From the NCBI GenBank assembly GCA_963422645.2, contig CAXXVO010000008.1, positions 256,001-320,000 of the forward strand: a stretch of DNA of 64,000 bases, in the 5' to 3' direction. Source of the DNA: Alphaproteobacteria bacterium. GTDB taxonomy: Bacteria; Pseudomonadota; Alphaproteobacteria; UBA828. The notes below the pieces were generated by a model that saw only the letters and a program-made list of their open reading frames with translations, had not been told where the DNA came from and did not search any database. Below, in pieces: positions 52,534 through 62,820 of this stretch. A program made the position numbers and the translations under genes. Position 1 is the first letter of the stretch. Each line of letters starts with the position of its first letter.

Positions 52534-53628
52534 ATGAGCGAGATCAAGTTCGGAACGGTTATTTCGGCGGTCGGCGAGCCCGGCGCGTCCGATTCGGAGC
52601 AGTACGTCGAGGCCCTGGTCGACGCGGACCATGTCGCGGGGCTCGGCTACGACGCGTTCTGGGTGATCGAGCACCATTTCTCGGACTACTTCCCGACGCC
52701 GAGCCCGCTGGTGATGCTGTCCCATCTCGCCGGACGCTATCCTGACATGGACCTTGGGACCTGCGTCCTGGTGCTGCCCTGGTACAGCCCGCTCAGGCTC
52801 GCAGGCGAGATTGCCATGCTGAGCCAGCTGAGCCGGGGCACGCTGCATATCGGCTTCGGGCGTGGCCTCGCGCGCCTCGAATACGATGCCTTCGGCGTTT
52901 CCATGAGCGAAACCCGCGCGCGCTTCCGCGAGTGCCGTGAGGTCATCGGCAAGGCGCTCGCCGGCGGCTCATTCACCCATGGCGGCGAGTTCTTCAACAT
53001 CGAGCGGTCGATCGAGCTCAGGCCGAAGTCCGTGCAGGAGCGCATCAACCTCTACGGCGCGACCAGCAGCCCCGAGAGCGCCGGAATCATGGCCGAGCTC
53101 GACCTCCCCATGATCCGGGTCTCGAACTTCCCAATGCATTTCCACGGAAACGACTTCGCGCGCTGGGACGAAGAGACCCGCCAGCGCGGCGGCTCCACCG
53201 ACGTCAGCCGGCCGATCCTGATCCACGCGGTGCTGGCGGACACCGACGAGGAGGCGGACGCGCTCGCCAAGGAGCATCTCTCGCGCTACTTCGTGAAGGT
53301 GGTCGAGCATTACGAGGCCGACGCCGACCCCTGGAAGGAGCTGGAAGAGTTCAAGGCCTTCAGCAAGTTCATGGCCACCTCCAAGAAGCTGACCAATCCC
53401 GACAATCTGGGGCCGTGGCTCGACCTGCAACTCGTCGGCCGGGCCGAGACCGTGTGCGAGAAGCTCCAGGCCTACGTCGACCTGGGGTTCGACCACTTCA
53501 TCCTGCAGAACGTGACCTACGGCATGCCGCGCGCTTACCGCCACGAGATGTGGGAGCGCTTCGCCCGCGACGTGGTGCCTCACTTCGCGGCCCAACCCGC
53601 GCCCATGCAGAGGGCGAGCGCCGGCTAA
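52534..53628 (+). CDS. LLM-class flavin-dependent monooxygenase
   Basis: WVIEHHF, PLRLAGE, GFGRG. Confidence 0.88.
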   Translation: MSEIKFGTVISAVGEPGASDSEQYVEALVDADHVAGLGYDAFWVIEHHFSDYFPTPSPLVMLSHLAGRYPDMDLGTCVLVLPWYSPLRLAGEIAMLSQLSRGTLHIGFGRGLARLEYDAFGVSMSETRARFRECREVIGKALAGGSFTHGGEFFNIERSIELRPKSVQERINLYGATSSPESAGIMAELDLPMIRVSNFPMHFHGNDFARWDEETRQRGGSTDVSRPILIHAVLADTDEEADALAKEHLSRYFVKVVEHYEADADPWKELEEFKAFSKFMATSKKLTNPDNLGPWLDLQLVGRAETVCEKLQAYVDLGFDHFILQNVTYGMPRAYRHEMWERFARDVVPHFAAQPAPMQRASAG

Positions 53629-53659
53629 CGACGAGCGCCGGGCTCCGCCGACGACACAG

Positions 53660-54472
53660 TCAGACCGGCCAGGCTTCCCGAAGCACGCCGCCCCGCCGCA
53701 GTACGCCGACGTGGCGGGTAAGCCCCGTCTTGTCGTCGGTCTCGACCAGGACGGCGCAGAGGGTGGCCTCGCCCTCGGCGGGCGCCGCCCGGGGACCGGG
53801 GCGTTTCCGCGTGAAGCGGGCGAGGGGGGCATCGACGGCGAGCCCGATGATCGACTCGTAGTTGCCGCACATGCCGACGTCCGAGATGTAGGCCGTCCCC
53901 TTGGGCAGGATGCGGTGGTCGGCGGTCGGCACGTGGGTGTGGGTGCCCGCCGCCAGCGACACCCGGCCGTCGGCGAGGTACGCGAGCGCCTGTTTCTCGC
54001 TCGTCGCCTCGCCGTGGATATCGAGCACGATCGCATCCACCGACTGTCCGAGCCGGTGCTCCTGCAGCGTCTCCTCGACGCAGGCGAAGGGCTCGCCGAT
54101 GGGGTCCATGAAGAGCTGGGTGAGCACCTGGAAGACGAAGACCGAGCGGCCGTCCCGCGTGCGCAGCAGCGCGCCGGCGCTGCCCGGCGTGCCTTTCGGG
54201 TAGTTGCGGGCGCGGACCAGCCGCCGGTCGGTCTCGATGTAGCTCTCGGTTCCGCGCTGGTCCCAGGCGTGGTTGCCCAGAGTGATCACGTCGGCGCCCA
54301 CCTGATAGAGGGCCTTGCAGATATCGGCGGTGATGCCGAAGCCGCCGGCGGCGTTCTCGCCATTCACGATCACCAGGTCGAGGGCGAGCTCCTCGCGCAA
54401 GCTCGGCAGGTGTTCCGTCAGGATGTCGCGGCCGGGGCGGCCGACGACATCGCCGCAGAACAGAATTCGCAC
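53660..54472 (-). CDS. YmdB/TIGR00282 metallophosphoesterase
   Basis: GDVVG, NGENAAGG, GNH, HGEATSEK, GTHTHV. Confidence 0.95.
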   Translation of the reverse strand: MRILFCGDVVGRPGRDILTEHLPSLREELALDLVIVNGENAAGGFGITADICKALYQVGADVITLGNHAWDQRGTESYIETDRRLVRARNYPKGTPGSAGALLRTRDGRSVFVFQVLTQLFMDPIGEPFACVEETLQEHRLGQSVDAIVLDIHGEATSEKQALAYLADGRVSLAAGTHTHVPTADHRILPKGTAYISDVGMCGNYESIIGLAVDAPLARFTRKRPGPRAAPAEGEATLCAVLVETDDKTGLTRHVGVLRRGGVLREAWPV

Positions 54473-54497
54473 CGTGCCGCTCCCTTCGCGCTCGCGA

Positions 54498-55097
54498 TCA
54501 GGCCGCGCGCGGAGCGATCGGCATGGCGCCCCGCTCGGTCACAATCCAGTCCAGCGGCTCGTCATGCACTTCGCGCGGCAGACCCTGCATGAGCTGCTCG
54601 GTATAGGCGAGGCCCACGGCGACGATCGGGCGCGTCCGGCGCAGCGCGCGCAGGGAGCGGTCATAGTAGCCGCCGCCGTAGCCCAGGCGGTATCCATCGC
54701 GGTCGTAGGCGAGCAGAGGCACCAGCAGGTGAGTCGGCTGGGCTGGCGCGGCGTCCTCCGTGGGTTCGGGAATGCGGAACGGCCCGCGCGAGAGCGCGGC
54801 GCCCGGCGTCCAGACGCGAAACTGGAGCGCCTCGCCCTTGCCGACCACGGCAGGCAGGCAGCAGACGAAGCCGGCGCCGACAAGCCGCGCCAACAGGGGC
54901 ATGGCGTCGATCTCTTCCCGGATCGCCCAATAGCCGGAGATCAACGCGCCCGCAGGCGTGGGAACTGCGGCCAGGTAGTGGTTGGCGGCCCTCACGCCCG
55001 CGCCCGGCCCCGCGGCCCGCTGTGCGGACCTGCGCCGCGCCAGCGCATACTCGCGCAGCGCCTGCTTGCGGTCGTGGATGGCAGCGCTGTGAGTCAC
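54498..55097 (-). CDS. ygfA: 5-formyltetrahydrofolate cyclo-ligase
   Basis: LVPLLAYD..GYRLGYGGGYYDR. Confidence 0.93.
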   Translation of the reverse strand: MTHSAAIHDRKQALREYALARRRSAQRAAGPGAGVRAANHYLAAVPTPAGALISGYWAIREEIDAMPLLARLVGAGFVCCLPAVVGKGEALQFRVWTPGAALSRGPFRIPEPTEDAAPAQPTHLLVPLLAYDRDGYRLGYGGGYYDRSLRALRRTRPIVAVGLAYTEQLMQGLPREVHDEPLDWIVTERGAMPIAPRAA

Positions 55098-55121
55098 GGC
55101 CGGTTCCCGTCGAAAGAAAAA

Positions 55122-55283
55122 GGACGGCACCGCCTGAACCGTCGCACCCAGAGCTTCCTCCAGGCCTAAGAGACCAGGTGGGCGCCGTGTTGCCAAGACC
55201 GCGGCCTCAGCAGGGACAGCTCCCGAGAAGCGAAAATTGACCGCGGGAAACAGTCGGTGCGACTAATCCGGCAGTAACCGTCC
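55122..55283 (-). ncRNA. ssrS: 6S RNA
   Basis: Between zapA and ygfA; GGGAGCTGTCCCTG...ACACGGCGCCCACCT alphaproteobacterial core; GGACGG/CCGTCC closing stem. Confidence 0.9.
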
Positions 55284-55293
55284 GAAAGGGAAT

Positions 55294-55647
55294 CTAGTCT
55301 TTCTCTAGTCGTCCGGCAATATTCTCGATGCGCTCGGCGAGAGCGCCCACGAGCGGCGCGAACTTGGCCTCGAGCGACGCCTCGGCGTCGACGCGGGCCC
55401 TGCGCTCCGCGATCCTCGCCCGCGATTGCAGCCGGTCGAGCTCGTCGTAGGCGTCGGCCAGCTCGTCGGCGACGACGAGGCTGGCCATGAGCAGGAGGCG
55501 GACTTCGCCGACCCGGCCCACGGTCTCCACCAGTTCCTGCGCTCGGCGATCGACATAGGCCGCGAGCTTGGCGACATGCTCTTCCTGGCCGTCGTCGCAG
55601 GAGACCGGATAGCGCCGCCCGCCGATGGTGACCGCAACTTCGCCCAT
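55294..55647 (-). CDS. zapA: cell division protein ZapA
   Basis: VTIGGRRY.VSCDDGQEEH, RLLLMASL.VADEL. Confidence 0.92.
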   Translation of the reverse strand: MGEVAVTIGGRRYPVSCDDGQEEHVAKLAAYVDRRAQELVETVGRVGEVRLLLMASLVVADELADAYDELDRLQSRARIAERRARVDAEASLEAKFAPLVGALAERIENIAGRLEKD

Positions 55648-55959
55648 CTAGACCCCCAGAATTGCGCGGAGCGACCCGATCGCGTCGTCGAGCCGTTCGG
55701 CCACCGCTTCGTTGGCCTGACGTGTGGTGGCCTGGCGCTCCCTGGTGTCCGTCAGCGCCCGCGCAAGCCGCGCCCGCTCCACCCTGAGGTTCTCGAGATC
55801 GCCGCGCAGCCCATCTCGTTCCCGCTCGACGGCGGAAATCGCGCTCGCCAACGCTGGCGCGTGCGCGTCCTCTCCCAATAGCTGTCCGTTTGCGAGCGCC
55901 TTGTCGAGCCGGTCCACGGCCTGCTCAAGCCGGTCGCTCGCCTTCTTCAACTCCGACAT
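55648..55959 (-). CDS. coiled-coil protein (DUF4164-like) upstream of zapA
   Basis: RLEQAVDRLD...RLDDAIGSLRAIL; conserved position. Confidence 0.7.
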   Translation of the reverse strand: MSELKKASDRLEQAVDRLDKALANGQLLGEDAHAPALASAISAVERERDGLRGDLENLRVERARLARALTDTRERQATTRQANEAVAERLDDAIGSLRAILGV

Positions 55960-56083
55960 GAAAAAGACGCTGTTGTTATTGTTGCGGGCTACAAAAATTC
56001 GATCCCCCGCCCGCGTCCGAAACACTAGAGCGCTCCCCGGCGAGCGTCAACTCGCCAAGCCTGGAGACCGGCGTTGGCGAGGC

Positions 56084-57565
56084 TCAGTTGAGGTAGCGCC
56101 GCTGCAGGTGGGCCTTGAAGACCCCGGTGCCGAGCGGCGCGCCGGTGGCGCGTTCGAGCAGAACCGGGCCCTCGTAGCGGGACGCGAGGCCGTGAACATT
56201 GGCCCGGAGCCACCCGAAGAGGGGCGAGAAATCGCCGCGCTCGATAGCCGGCCACAGCGCCGGCTCTTCACGCACCGCCGCATCGAAGAACTGCGCCGCC
56301 ATCAACGCACCGACGGTGTAGCTCGGGAAGTAGCCGAGCTCGCCCACGGACCAGTGGATATCCTGCAGGCAGCCTTGCGCGTCGTTTTCCGGCCTGAGCC
56401 CGAGAAGAGACTGGTGTATTTCAGCCCAGGCGCCGGGGATCTCGTCCACGGCGAGCTCATCCCCGATCAAGGCGCGCTCCAGCCGGTAGCGGAGCATGAT
56501 GTGGGCGGGGTAGGTGACTTCGTCGGCGTCAACCCGGATGGTGCCCGGCTTCACGCAGATCGCCTGCCGGTAAAGCGCCTCCGCGTCGGCAGAGTCTCCG
56601 CCGCTGAGATGTTGACCGAGCAGCGGTGCGAGGAAGCGCATGAAGGACTGGCTGCGGCAGGCCTGCATCTCGATCAACAGCGACTGGCTCTCGTGCAGCG
56701 CCATGCCGCCTGCCTGACCCACCGGCTGGTATCGCCATTCCTTAGGCAGCCCTGCCTCGTAGAGCGCGTGGCCGGTCTCGTGCAGCACCCCCATGAGGCC
56801 GGAAAGAACGTCCGCCTCGTCGTAGCGAGTGGTGATGCGGATGTCGCCGGCGCTGCCGCCGCAGAAGGGGTGGAGGCTGACATCGAGGCGGCCGTGGTCG
56901 AAGTCGAAACCCAGCGCCTTCATAAGGCGCTTGGCGAGCGCCTGCTGCGCGTCGGTGGGTGCGCTCACCGGCGGCGGCGCGTCCGCGCCCGCCTGCGCCT
57001 CCTGCACGCGGCTGAGGAACTCGGGGAGGAAGCTCGCAAGGTCGTCGAAGAGCGGATCAATGGTGGCACAGCTCAGCCCCGGCTCGTGGGAACCGACCAG
57101 CCCGTCGTAGGGCGCGCAGTCGAGCGCCTGGCCCAGTGCCGCCGCCTTCTCGCGCACGAGCCCGAGCAGCGGCGCGAAGGCCGCCGCAAAGGCCGGGAAG
57201 TCGCTCGCGGGCCGGGCCTCGCGCCACACCATCTCGCAGTGCGACGACGCCTCGCTCAGAGCCTGCACCAGGTCCGCCGGCAGCGCCGCCGCTTCGCGCC
57301 AGCGCCGCCACATTCGCGTCAGGTTGGCCCGCTGCCATTCGTCCAAGGTGTCCGCCTCTGCCTCTGCCTCGTCCAGCAGGTCGCAAACGCGGGCATCGGT
57401 CAGCAGCTCGTGGCGGATCAGCGCGAGCTCGGCGAGTTGCGCCGCGCGCGGCTCGGCGCCGCCCGGCGGCATCATCGTCGCCCAGTCCCAATGCAGCATC
57501 GCGGCCGCGCCGCCGAGCAGGCCGAGGCGGCGGAAGCGGGCCTCCAGCGTGCCGTAGGCGCTCAC
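56084..57565 (-). CDS. carboxypeptidase M32
   Basis: HPFC, DIRITTRY, HETGHALYE, HESQS, QDIHW. Confidence 0.95.
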   Translation of the reverse strand: MSAYGTLEARFRRLGLLGGAAAMLHWDWATMMPPGGAEPRAAQLAELALIRHELLTDARVCDLLDEAEAEADTLDEWQRANLTRMWRRWREAAALPADLVQALSEASSHCEMVWREARPASDFPAFAAAFAPLLGLVREKAAALGQALDCAPYDGLVGSHEPGLSCATIDPLFDDLASFLPEFLSRVQEAQAGADAPPPVSAPTDAQQALAKRLMKALGFDFDHGRLDVSLHPFCGGSAGDIRITTRYDEADVLSGLMGVLHETGHALYEAGLPKEWRYQPVGQAGGMALHESQSLLIEMQACRSQSFMRFLAPLLGQHLSGGDSADAEALYRQAICVKPGTIRVDADEVTYPAHIMLRYRLERALIGDELAVDEIPGAWAEIHQSLLGLRPENDAQGCLQDIHWSVGELGYFPSYTVGALMAAQFFDAAVREEPALWPAIERGDFSPLFGWLRANVHGLASRYEGPVLLERATGAPLGTGVFKAHLQRRYLN

Positions 57566-58314
57566 GCCTCGTCCTCGTCCTCGTCCGAGCGGCGGTCTCG
57601 GCGCATATAGATCGCGTAGATCACGGCCAGGCTGATCGCGAGCGCATACCAGATCACGATGTACTGCATGTGCTCGCTACGCAGCTCAATCTTGGTCTGC
57701 CCACCGATGGGCAGGCCGCCCGGGTTGGGGGCGTGGCCGGCGTCGACCAGATAGGACGGCGCGGGAATGCCCGCCTCGGCCGCGAGAGCTTCCGTGTCGG
57801 TCCAGAACCAGATGTTGTTCTCGGGCTCGTTGTCGGGCGTAAACCAGCCGGTGCGCCCGCTGGGCACGACGACGCCTTCGAGGCGATGCATGCCCTGGAT
57901 CTGGCCCCCGAGCCGGGTCTCGGGCTCCTTGTTATCAAGCGGTACCCAGCCGCGGTTGACCAGCACCGCCGGGCCGTCCGCGCGCTCGAAGGGGGTGATG
58001 ATCTGGTAGCCCACTCGGCGGTCGAAGGTGCGCGCGGCGAGGAACATCTCCGCCTCGTGGCGGAACTGTCCTTCCAGCCAGACCCGACGGTAGGTGAAGG
58101 GCGCCGGATCGGCGAGCTCGGCGGGGAGCATAACCGCCTCAGCCTGGAATTGGGCGCGGCGCTCGTCGTTGAGCTCGGTCTTCCACATCAGGCGATGCAC
58201 CTGCCAGGAGCCGAGCGCGAGGAGGATCATGATGCCCGGGATCGCGAACCAGGTCGCCCGGCGCCGGGCGCGTTCGCTGGTCACTTGTGGCCGGGCGCGG
58301 TCAGTCTTCGCCAA
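57562..58314 (-). CDS. surf1: SURF1 family protein
   Basis: LGSWQVHR, LVNRGWVP, HMQYIVIWY. Confidence 0.93.
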   Translation of the reverse strand: MAKTDRARPQVTSERARRRATWFAIPGIMILLALGSWQVHRLMWKTELNDERRAQFQAEAVMLPAELADPAPFTYRRVWLEGQFRHEAEMFLAARTFDRRVGYQIITPFERADGPAVLVNRGWVPLDNKEPETRLGGQIQGMHRLEGVVVPSGRTGWFTPDNEPENNIWFWTDTEALAAEAGIPAPSYLVDAGHAPNPGGLPIGGQTKIELRSEHMQYIVIWYALAISLAVIYAIYMRRDRRSDEDEDEA

Positions 58315-58675
58315 AGCCTGCCGCTCTGTGCCTGTATTGGAGCGCGATCAGGAGCGCCTTGGCGGGCCGCAGCAGGCCAAGGCTCAGGATGGTGATCGCA
58401 GGGAGCCAGAGCAGGGCGTGGAGCCAGTAGGGCGGCGCATGCGTGAACTCCAGCCAGAACGCGAGCGCGACGACCACCCCGCCGACGACGAACATCACGA
58501 AGACGGCCGGCCCGTCGGCGCTGTCATGCCGCGAAAGCTCGAACTGGCACGTACCGCAGCGCTCGGCGACCCGCAAGTAGCCTCTGAACAGCTTGCCGCG
58601 TCCGCACCGGGGGCAGCGGAAGAGCAGGCCGGCCTTCAGGACCGAGACCGGCGGATAGTAGGTCCCATCCGCCAT
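58301..58675 (-). CDS. DUF983 family membrane protein
   Basis: RCPRCGRGKLF, C..C, DGPAVF, LIALQY. Confidence 0.85.
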   Translation of the reverse strand: MADGTYYPPVSVLKAGLLFRCPRCGRGKLFRGYLRVAERCGTCQFELSRHDSADGPAVFVMFVVGGVVVALAFWLEFTHAPPYWLHALLWLPAITILSLGLLRPAKALLIALQYRHRAAGFGED

Positions 58676-58685
58676 GTCGTCTCGA

Positions 58686-59489
58686 TCAACCGCCCCACCA
58701 GTAGATCCAGATGAACAGGAACAGCCACACCACGTCGACGAAGTGCCAGTACCACGCCGCGGCTTCGAGCCCGATGTGCTGGTCCGGCTTGAACTGCCGC
58801 CTGATCGCCCGATAGAGGCAGACCGCGAGGAAGATGGCGCCGACGGTGACGTGGAAGCCGTGGAAACCCGTCGCCATGTAGAAGGTGGAAGGATAGATGC
58901 CATCGCGGAAACCGAAGGCCGCGTGGGCATACTCGTATCCTTGTACGCCGATGAAAGCGACGCCGAGCACCACGGTAAGCGCGAGCCCGAAGATCAGCTG
59001 CTGCTGATTGCCGTGGCGGAGCGCGTGATGCGCCCAGGTCACCGTCGCGCCCGAGGTCAGCAGCAGCAGCGTGTTCACGAAGGGAAGCCGCCAGGCAGGG
59101 ATGGTCTCGACCCCTGGCGGTGGCCACGTGTTGTCGATGACGTCGGTCGGCATGATCGAGGCGTTGAAGAAGGCCCAGAAGAACGCCGCGAAAAACATCA
59201 CCTCGGACGCGATGAAAAGCACCATGCCGAAGCGCAAACCGCGCTGAACCACCTGGGTGTGCTCGTTCTCCACGAGCGCTTCGCGGATCACGTCGCGCCA
59301 CCAGAAGTACATGGTGAGCAGGACCACAATCCCGCCGATGGTCATCAGCCAGATCTGGCCGGTGTGCATGAAGATGACCACGCCGCCGAGCCCCAGGCCG
59401 CCGCCGCCCAAGGCGCCGATAACCGGCCACGGGCTCGGCCTCACCATGTGGTACTCGTGGTTCGCGGTCCCGTGTGCGCTATCCGCCAT
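58686..59489 (-). CDS. coxC: cytochrome c oxidase subunit III
   Basis: PSPWP, FIASEVMFF, TGFHGFHV, YWHFVDVVW. Confidence 0.97.
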   Translation of the reverse strand: MADSAHGTANHEYHMVRPSPWPVIGALGGGGLGLGGVVIFMHTGQIWLMTIGGIVVLLTMYFWWRDVIREALVENEHTQVVQRGLRFGMVLFIASEVMFFAAFFWAFFNASIMPTDVIDNTWPPPGVETIPAWRLPFVNTLLLLTSGATVTWAHHALRHGNQQQLIFGLALTVVLGVAFIGVQGYEYAHAAFGFRDGIYPSTFYMATGFHGFHVTVGAIFLAVCLYRAIRRQFKPDQHIGLEAAAWYWHFVDVVWLFLFIWIYWWGG

Positions 59490-60135
59490 AACTAAGCTCG
59501 CTCCCTGGTCTGGGGCCCGCCGCTTCGGGGCTCGGGTCGCCGGCCGTATCGTCGGTCAGCGCGGCTTCCGTCACGCCCTCTCCGCGCGCGAAGAACGTGT
59601 AGGACAAGGTGATCGTGGTCACGTCGTCGAGCCTGCGATCCTCGACGATGTCGGGGTCTACGAAGAACGACACCGGAAAGTCGGCGCGCTCGCCCGGCGC
59701 CAGCGTCTGTTCTTCGAAGCAGAAACACTCGATCTTGTTGAAGTAGACGCCGGCCTTCACCGGTGTCACGTTGAAGGTCGAGGTGCCGACGAGCGCCTGG
59801 TCGGACTGGTTGACGGCGTTATAGACCGCCATCGCCATCTCGCCGACACGCACCTTGATCTCGCGTTGCTCGGGCTTGAAGTACCACGGCAGGTCGCGCG
59901 CCGTGTCCGCATTGAAGCGGACGGTGACGAGGCGTTCGCCAATCTCCACAGGCGCTTCCTCGGCCACCTGCGTGGTGCCGCCAAAGCCAGTGACCTGGCA
60001 AAAGAGCCGGTAGAGTGGCACCGCGGCGAAGGAGAGCCCGACCATGCTGCAGACCACGCCGCCCAGGATGAGCGCGGTCGCCGCGCGGCGCCGGCTCGCG
60101 CGCTTGCTGGCGGCGTCGGGCGAGCCGGTAGCCAT
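59479..60135 (-). CDS. ctaG: cytochrome c oxidase assembly protein CtaG/Cox11
   Basis: VPLYRLFCQVTG, KIECFCF, TLSYTF. Confidence 0.95.
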   Translation of the reverse strand: MATGSPDAASKRASRRRAATALILGGVVCSMVGLSFAAVPLYRLFCQVTGFGGTTQVAEEAPVEIGERLVTVRFNADTARDLPWYFKPEQREIKVRVGEMAMAVYNAVNQSDQALVGTSTFNVTPVKAGVYFNKIECFCFEEQTLAPGERADFPVSFFVDPDIVEDRRLDDVTTITLSYTFFARGEGVTEAALTDDTAGDPSPEAAGPRPGSELSYGG

Positions 60136-60136
60136 C

Positions 60137-60271
60137 CTACTCGCCCCCCATCCTGACAATGGTGATCAGGTAGAACAGGATCGCGAGCGCAAGCAGCGCG
60201 CCACCGAGGGCGAAGTTGCGAATCTTGCGCCGGCGCTCGCTGTCCCGGTCTTTCACGACACCATCCCTCAT
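60137..60271 (-). CDS. small membrane protein of the cox operon (CoxF-like)
   Basis: [32 protein letters not shown]; ATGA overlap with ctaB; not in the ORF track. Confidence 0.7.
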   Translation of the reverse strand: MRDGVVKDRDSERRRKIRNFALGGALLALAILFYLITIVRMGGE

Positions 60272-61185
60272 GGCACGATCGGGATCGGCCACGCGTGGTC
60301 TGCGAGCAGGAGCGCAAAGAGCGCGAAGAGGTAGATGATCGACGTGCCGAAGAGCCGCTTCGCTGCGGCCGGGCTGTGGTCAATGAGGACGCGGAAGGCG
60401 CCAGCCGCGAGCAGGACGCCCGCCACCAGCGCGCCGATGCCGTAGACCGCGCCGGCAGCCCCGGTCACGCAGGGCGCCAGGCTCACGGGCAAGAGGAGCA
60501 GCGTGTAAGCCACGATCTGACGCCGGGTGCTGCGAGCGCCCGCGACAACCGGCAGCATCGGCACGTCGGCGGCCTCGTAATCCGACGAGCGGACCAGCGC
60601 CAGCGCCCAAAAATGCGGCGGGGTCCAGAGGAAAATGATGCCGAAGAGCGCGACCGCCGTGAGGTCGATTCCGCCGGTCACCGCCGCCCAGCCGATCATC
60701 GGCGGGAAGGCGCCGGCGGCACCGCCGATCACGATGTTCTGCGGCGTGCGCCGTTTCAGCCACATCGTGTAGATGCAGATGTAGAAGAAGATCGTGAACG
60801 CCAGCAGGCCGGCCGCGACCCAGTTGACCGCGAGCCCCATCAGCGCGGTCGAGCCCACCGACAGCACGATGCCGAGGCCAAGCGCGGCGCCGGGTTCCAC
60901 CCGCCCGGCCGGGACCGGCCGCTCCCGGGTGCGCGTCATCACGGCGTCGATGTCGCGGTCGTACCACATGTTGATGGCCGCAGACCCGCCGGCGCCGATC
61001 GCGATGCAGAGCACCGCCACCGCCGCGATCACCGGATGAATGGTGCCGGGCGCGATGACGAGCCCGACCGCGCCGGTGAAGACCACCAGTGACATCACTC
61101 GCGGCTTCAGCAGCGCGAAGGTATCGGCGAGCGCGACCGGCGCCGCGCTTTCCGCGACCGCTACCCTCGCCGCCGGCTCACTCAT
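60268..61185 (-). CDS. ctaB: protoheme IX farnesyltransferase
   Basis: [30 protein letters not shown]. Confidence 0.96.
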   Translation of the reverse strand: MSEPAARVAVAESAAPVALADTFALLKPRVMSLVVFTGAVGLVIAPGTIHPVIAAVAVLCIAIGAGGSAAINMWYDRDIDAVMTRTRERPVPAGRVEPGAALGLGIVLSVGSTALMGLAVNWVAAGLLAFTIFFYICIYTMWLKRRTPQNIVIGGAAGAFPPMIGWAAVTGGIDLTAVALFGIIFLWTPPHFWALALVRSSDYEAADVPMLPVVAGARSTRRQIVAYTLLLLPVSLAPCVTGAAGAVYGIGALVAGVLLAAGAFRVLIDHSPAAAKRLFGTSIIYLFALFALLLADHAWPIPIVP

Positions 61186-61206
61186 CGTGCTAGCCCCCGC
61201 TCCGGC

Positions 61207-62805
61207 CTAGCGGACGCGAGGCAGCTCCTCGTGGGTGTGGAAGGGCGCCGGCGAAGGCACCGACCATTCGAGCGTGCGCGCACCCTCGCCCCAGGGGTTG
61301 GCAGGGCACGGCTTACCCCGGAAGAGCGTGTAGATGAGGATGTAGATGAACAGGATCAGCCCGGCCGCCGAGATGTAGGAGCCGATCGACGAGATCATGT
61401 TCCAGCCGGCGTAGGCGTCCGGATAGTCGGGGATACGGCGCGGCATGCCCGAGACGCCCGAGAAGTGCATCGGGAAGAAGGTGAGGTTCACGCCGACGAA
61501 GGTGATCCAGAAGTGGATCTTGCCGAGCGTCTCCGGATACTGCCGGCCACACATCTTGCCGATCCAGTAGTAGAAGGCGCCGAAGGCCATGAACACGGCG
61601 CCGAGCGAGAGCACGTAGTGGAAATGCCCGACCACGTAGTAGGTGTCGTGCAGCGCGTTATCGAGACCCGCGTTGGCGAGCACGACACCGGTCACGCCGC
61701 CTACGGTGAACAGGAAGATGAAGCCGAAGGCCCATAGCATGGGTGTCTTGAAGTCGATCGAGCCGCCCCACATGGTGGCGATCCAGCTGAAGATCTTGAT
61801 ACCCGTCGGCACTGCGATGACCATCGTCGCACCGATGAAATAGGCCCGCGTGTCGACGTCCATGCCCACCGTGAACATGTGGTGCGCCCACACCACGAAG
61901 CCGATGAAGCCGATGGCGATCATGGCGTAGGCCATGCCGAGATAGCCGAAGACCGGCTTGCTGGAGAAGGTGGAGACGATGTGGCTCACGATGCCGAAGG
62001 CCGGCAGGATCAGGATGTAGACCTCCGGATGCCCGAAGAACCAGAAGAGATGCTGGTAGAGGATCGGGTCGCCGCCGCCGGCAGCATCGAAGAAGGCGGT
62101 GCCGAAGTTGCGGTCCGTCAGCAGCATCGTAATGGCGCCCGCCAGCACCGGCAGCGAGAGCAGCAGCAGGAAGGCGGTCACCAGCACCGACCAGACGAAG
62201 AGCGGCAGCTTGTGCATCGTCATGCCCGGTGCGCGCATGTTGAGAATGGTGGTGATGAAATTGATGGCGCCGAGGATCGACGACGCGCCCGCGAGATGCA
62301 GCGCGAAGATGCCGAGGTCCATGGCCGGGCCCACGTGGCCCGAGGTCGATAAGGGCGCGTAGACCGTCCAGCCCGCTCCAACGCCCGGTCCAGGCCCGCC
62401 GTCCACGAACATCGAGGTCACAAGGAGGGCGCCGGACGGCACCAGCAGCCAGAAACTGATGTTGTTCATGCGTGGGAACGCCATGTCCGGCGCCCCGATC
62501 ATCAGCGGCACCATCCAGTTGCCGAAGCCGCCGATGAAGGCAGGCATGATCATGAAGAACACCATGATCAGCCCGTGGCCGGTCACGAAGACGTTGAATG
62601 TGTGAGAATCGGCAAAGATTTGCATGCCCGGCTCGGCCAGCTCTATCCGCATGAAGATGGAGAGCACCGCGCCGATGATGCCGAACACCATCGCGTAGGC
62701 GATGTACATCGTGCCGATGTCTTTGTGATTGGTGGAGTAGAGCCACCGCGTGATGCCCCGCGGCATGTGGTCGTGTGCTGCGTGGGCGTGGGCGTGGTCC
62801 GCCAT
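61207..62805 (-). CDS. coxA: cytochrome c oxidase subunit I
   Basis: [25 protein letters not shown]. Confidence 0.98.
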   Translation of the reverse strand: MADHAHAHAAHDHMPRGITRWLYSTNHKDIGTMYIAYAMVFGIIGAVLSIFMRIELAEPGMQIFADSHTFNVFVTGHGLIMVFFMIMPAFIGGFGNWMVPLMIGAPDMAFPRMNNISFWLLVPSGALLVTSMFVDGGPGPGVGAGWTVYAPLSTSGHVGPAMDLGIFALHLAGASSILGAINFITTILNMRAPGMTMHKLPLFVWSVLVTAFLLLLSLPVLAGAITMLLTDRNFGTAFFDAAGGGDPILYQHLFWFFGHPEVYILILPAFGIVSHIVSTFSSKPVFGYLGMAYAMIAIGFIGFVVWAHHMFTVGMDVDTRAYFIGATMVIAVPTGIKIFSWIATMWGGSIDFKTPMLWAFGFIFLFTVGGVTGVVLANAGLDNALHDTYYVVGHFHYVLSLGAVFMAFGAFYYWIGKMCGRQYPETLGKIHFWITFVGVNLTFFPMHFSGVSGMPRRIPDYPDAYAGWNMISSIGSYISAAGLILFIYILIYTLFRGKPCPANPWGEGARTLEWSVPSPAPFHTHEELPRVR

Positions 62806-62820
62806 GGCCTCTCTCCTTCC

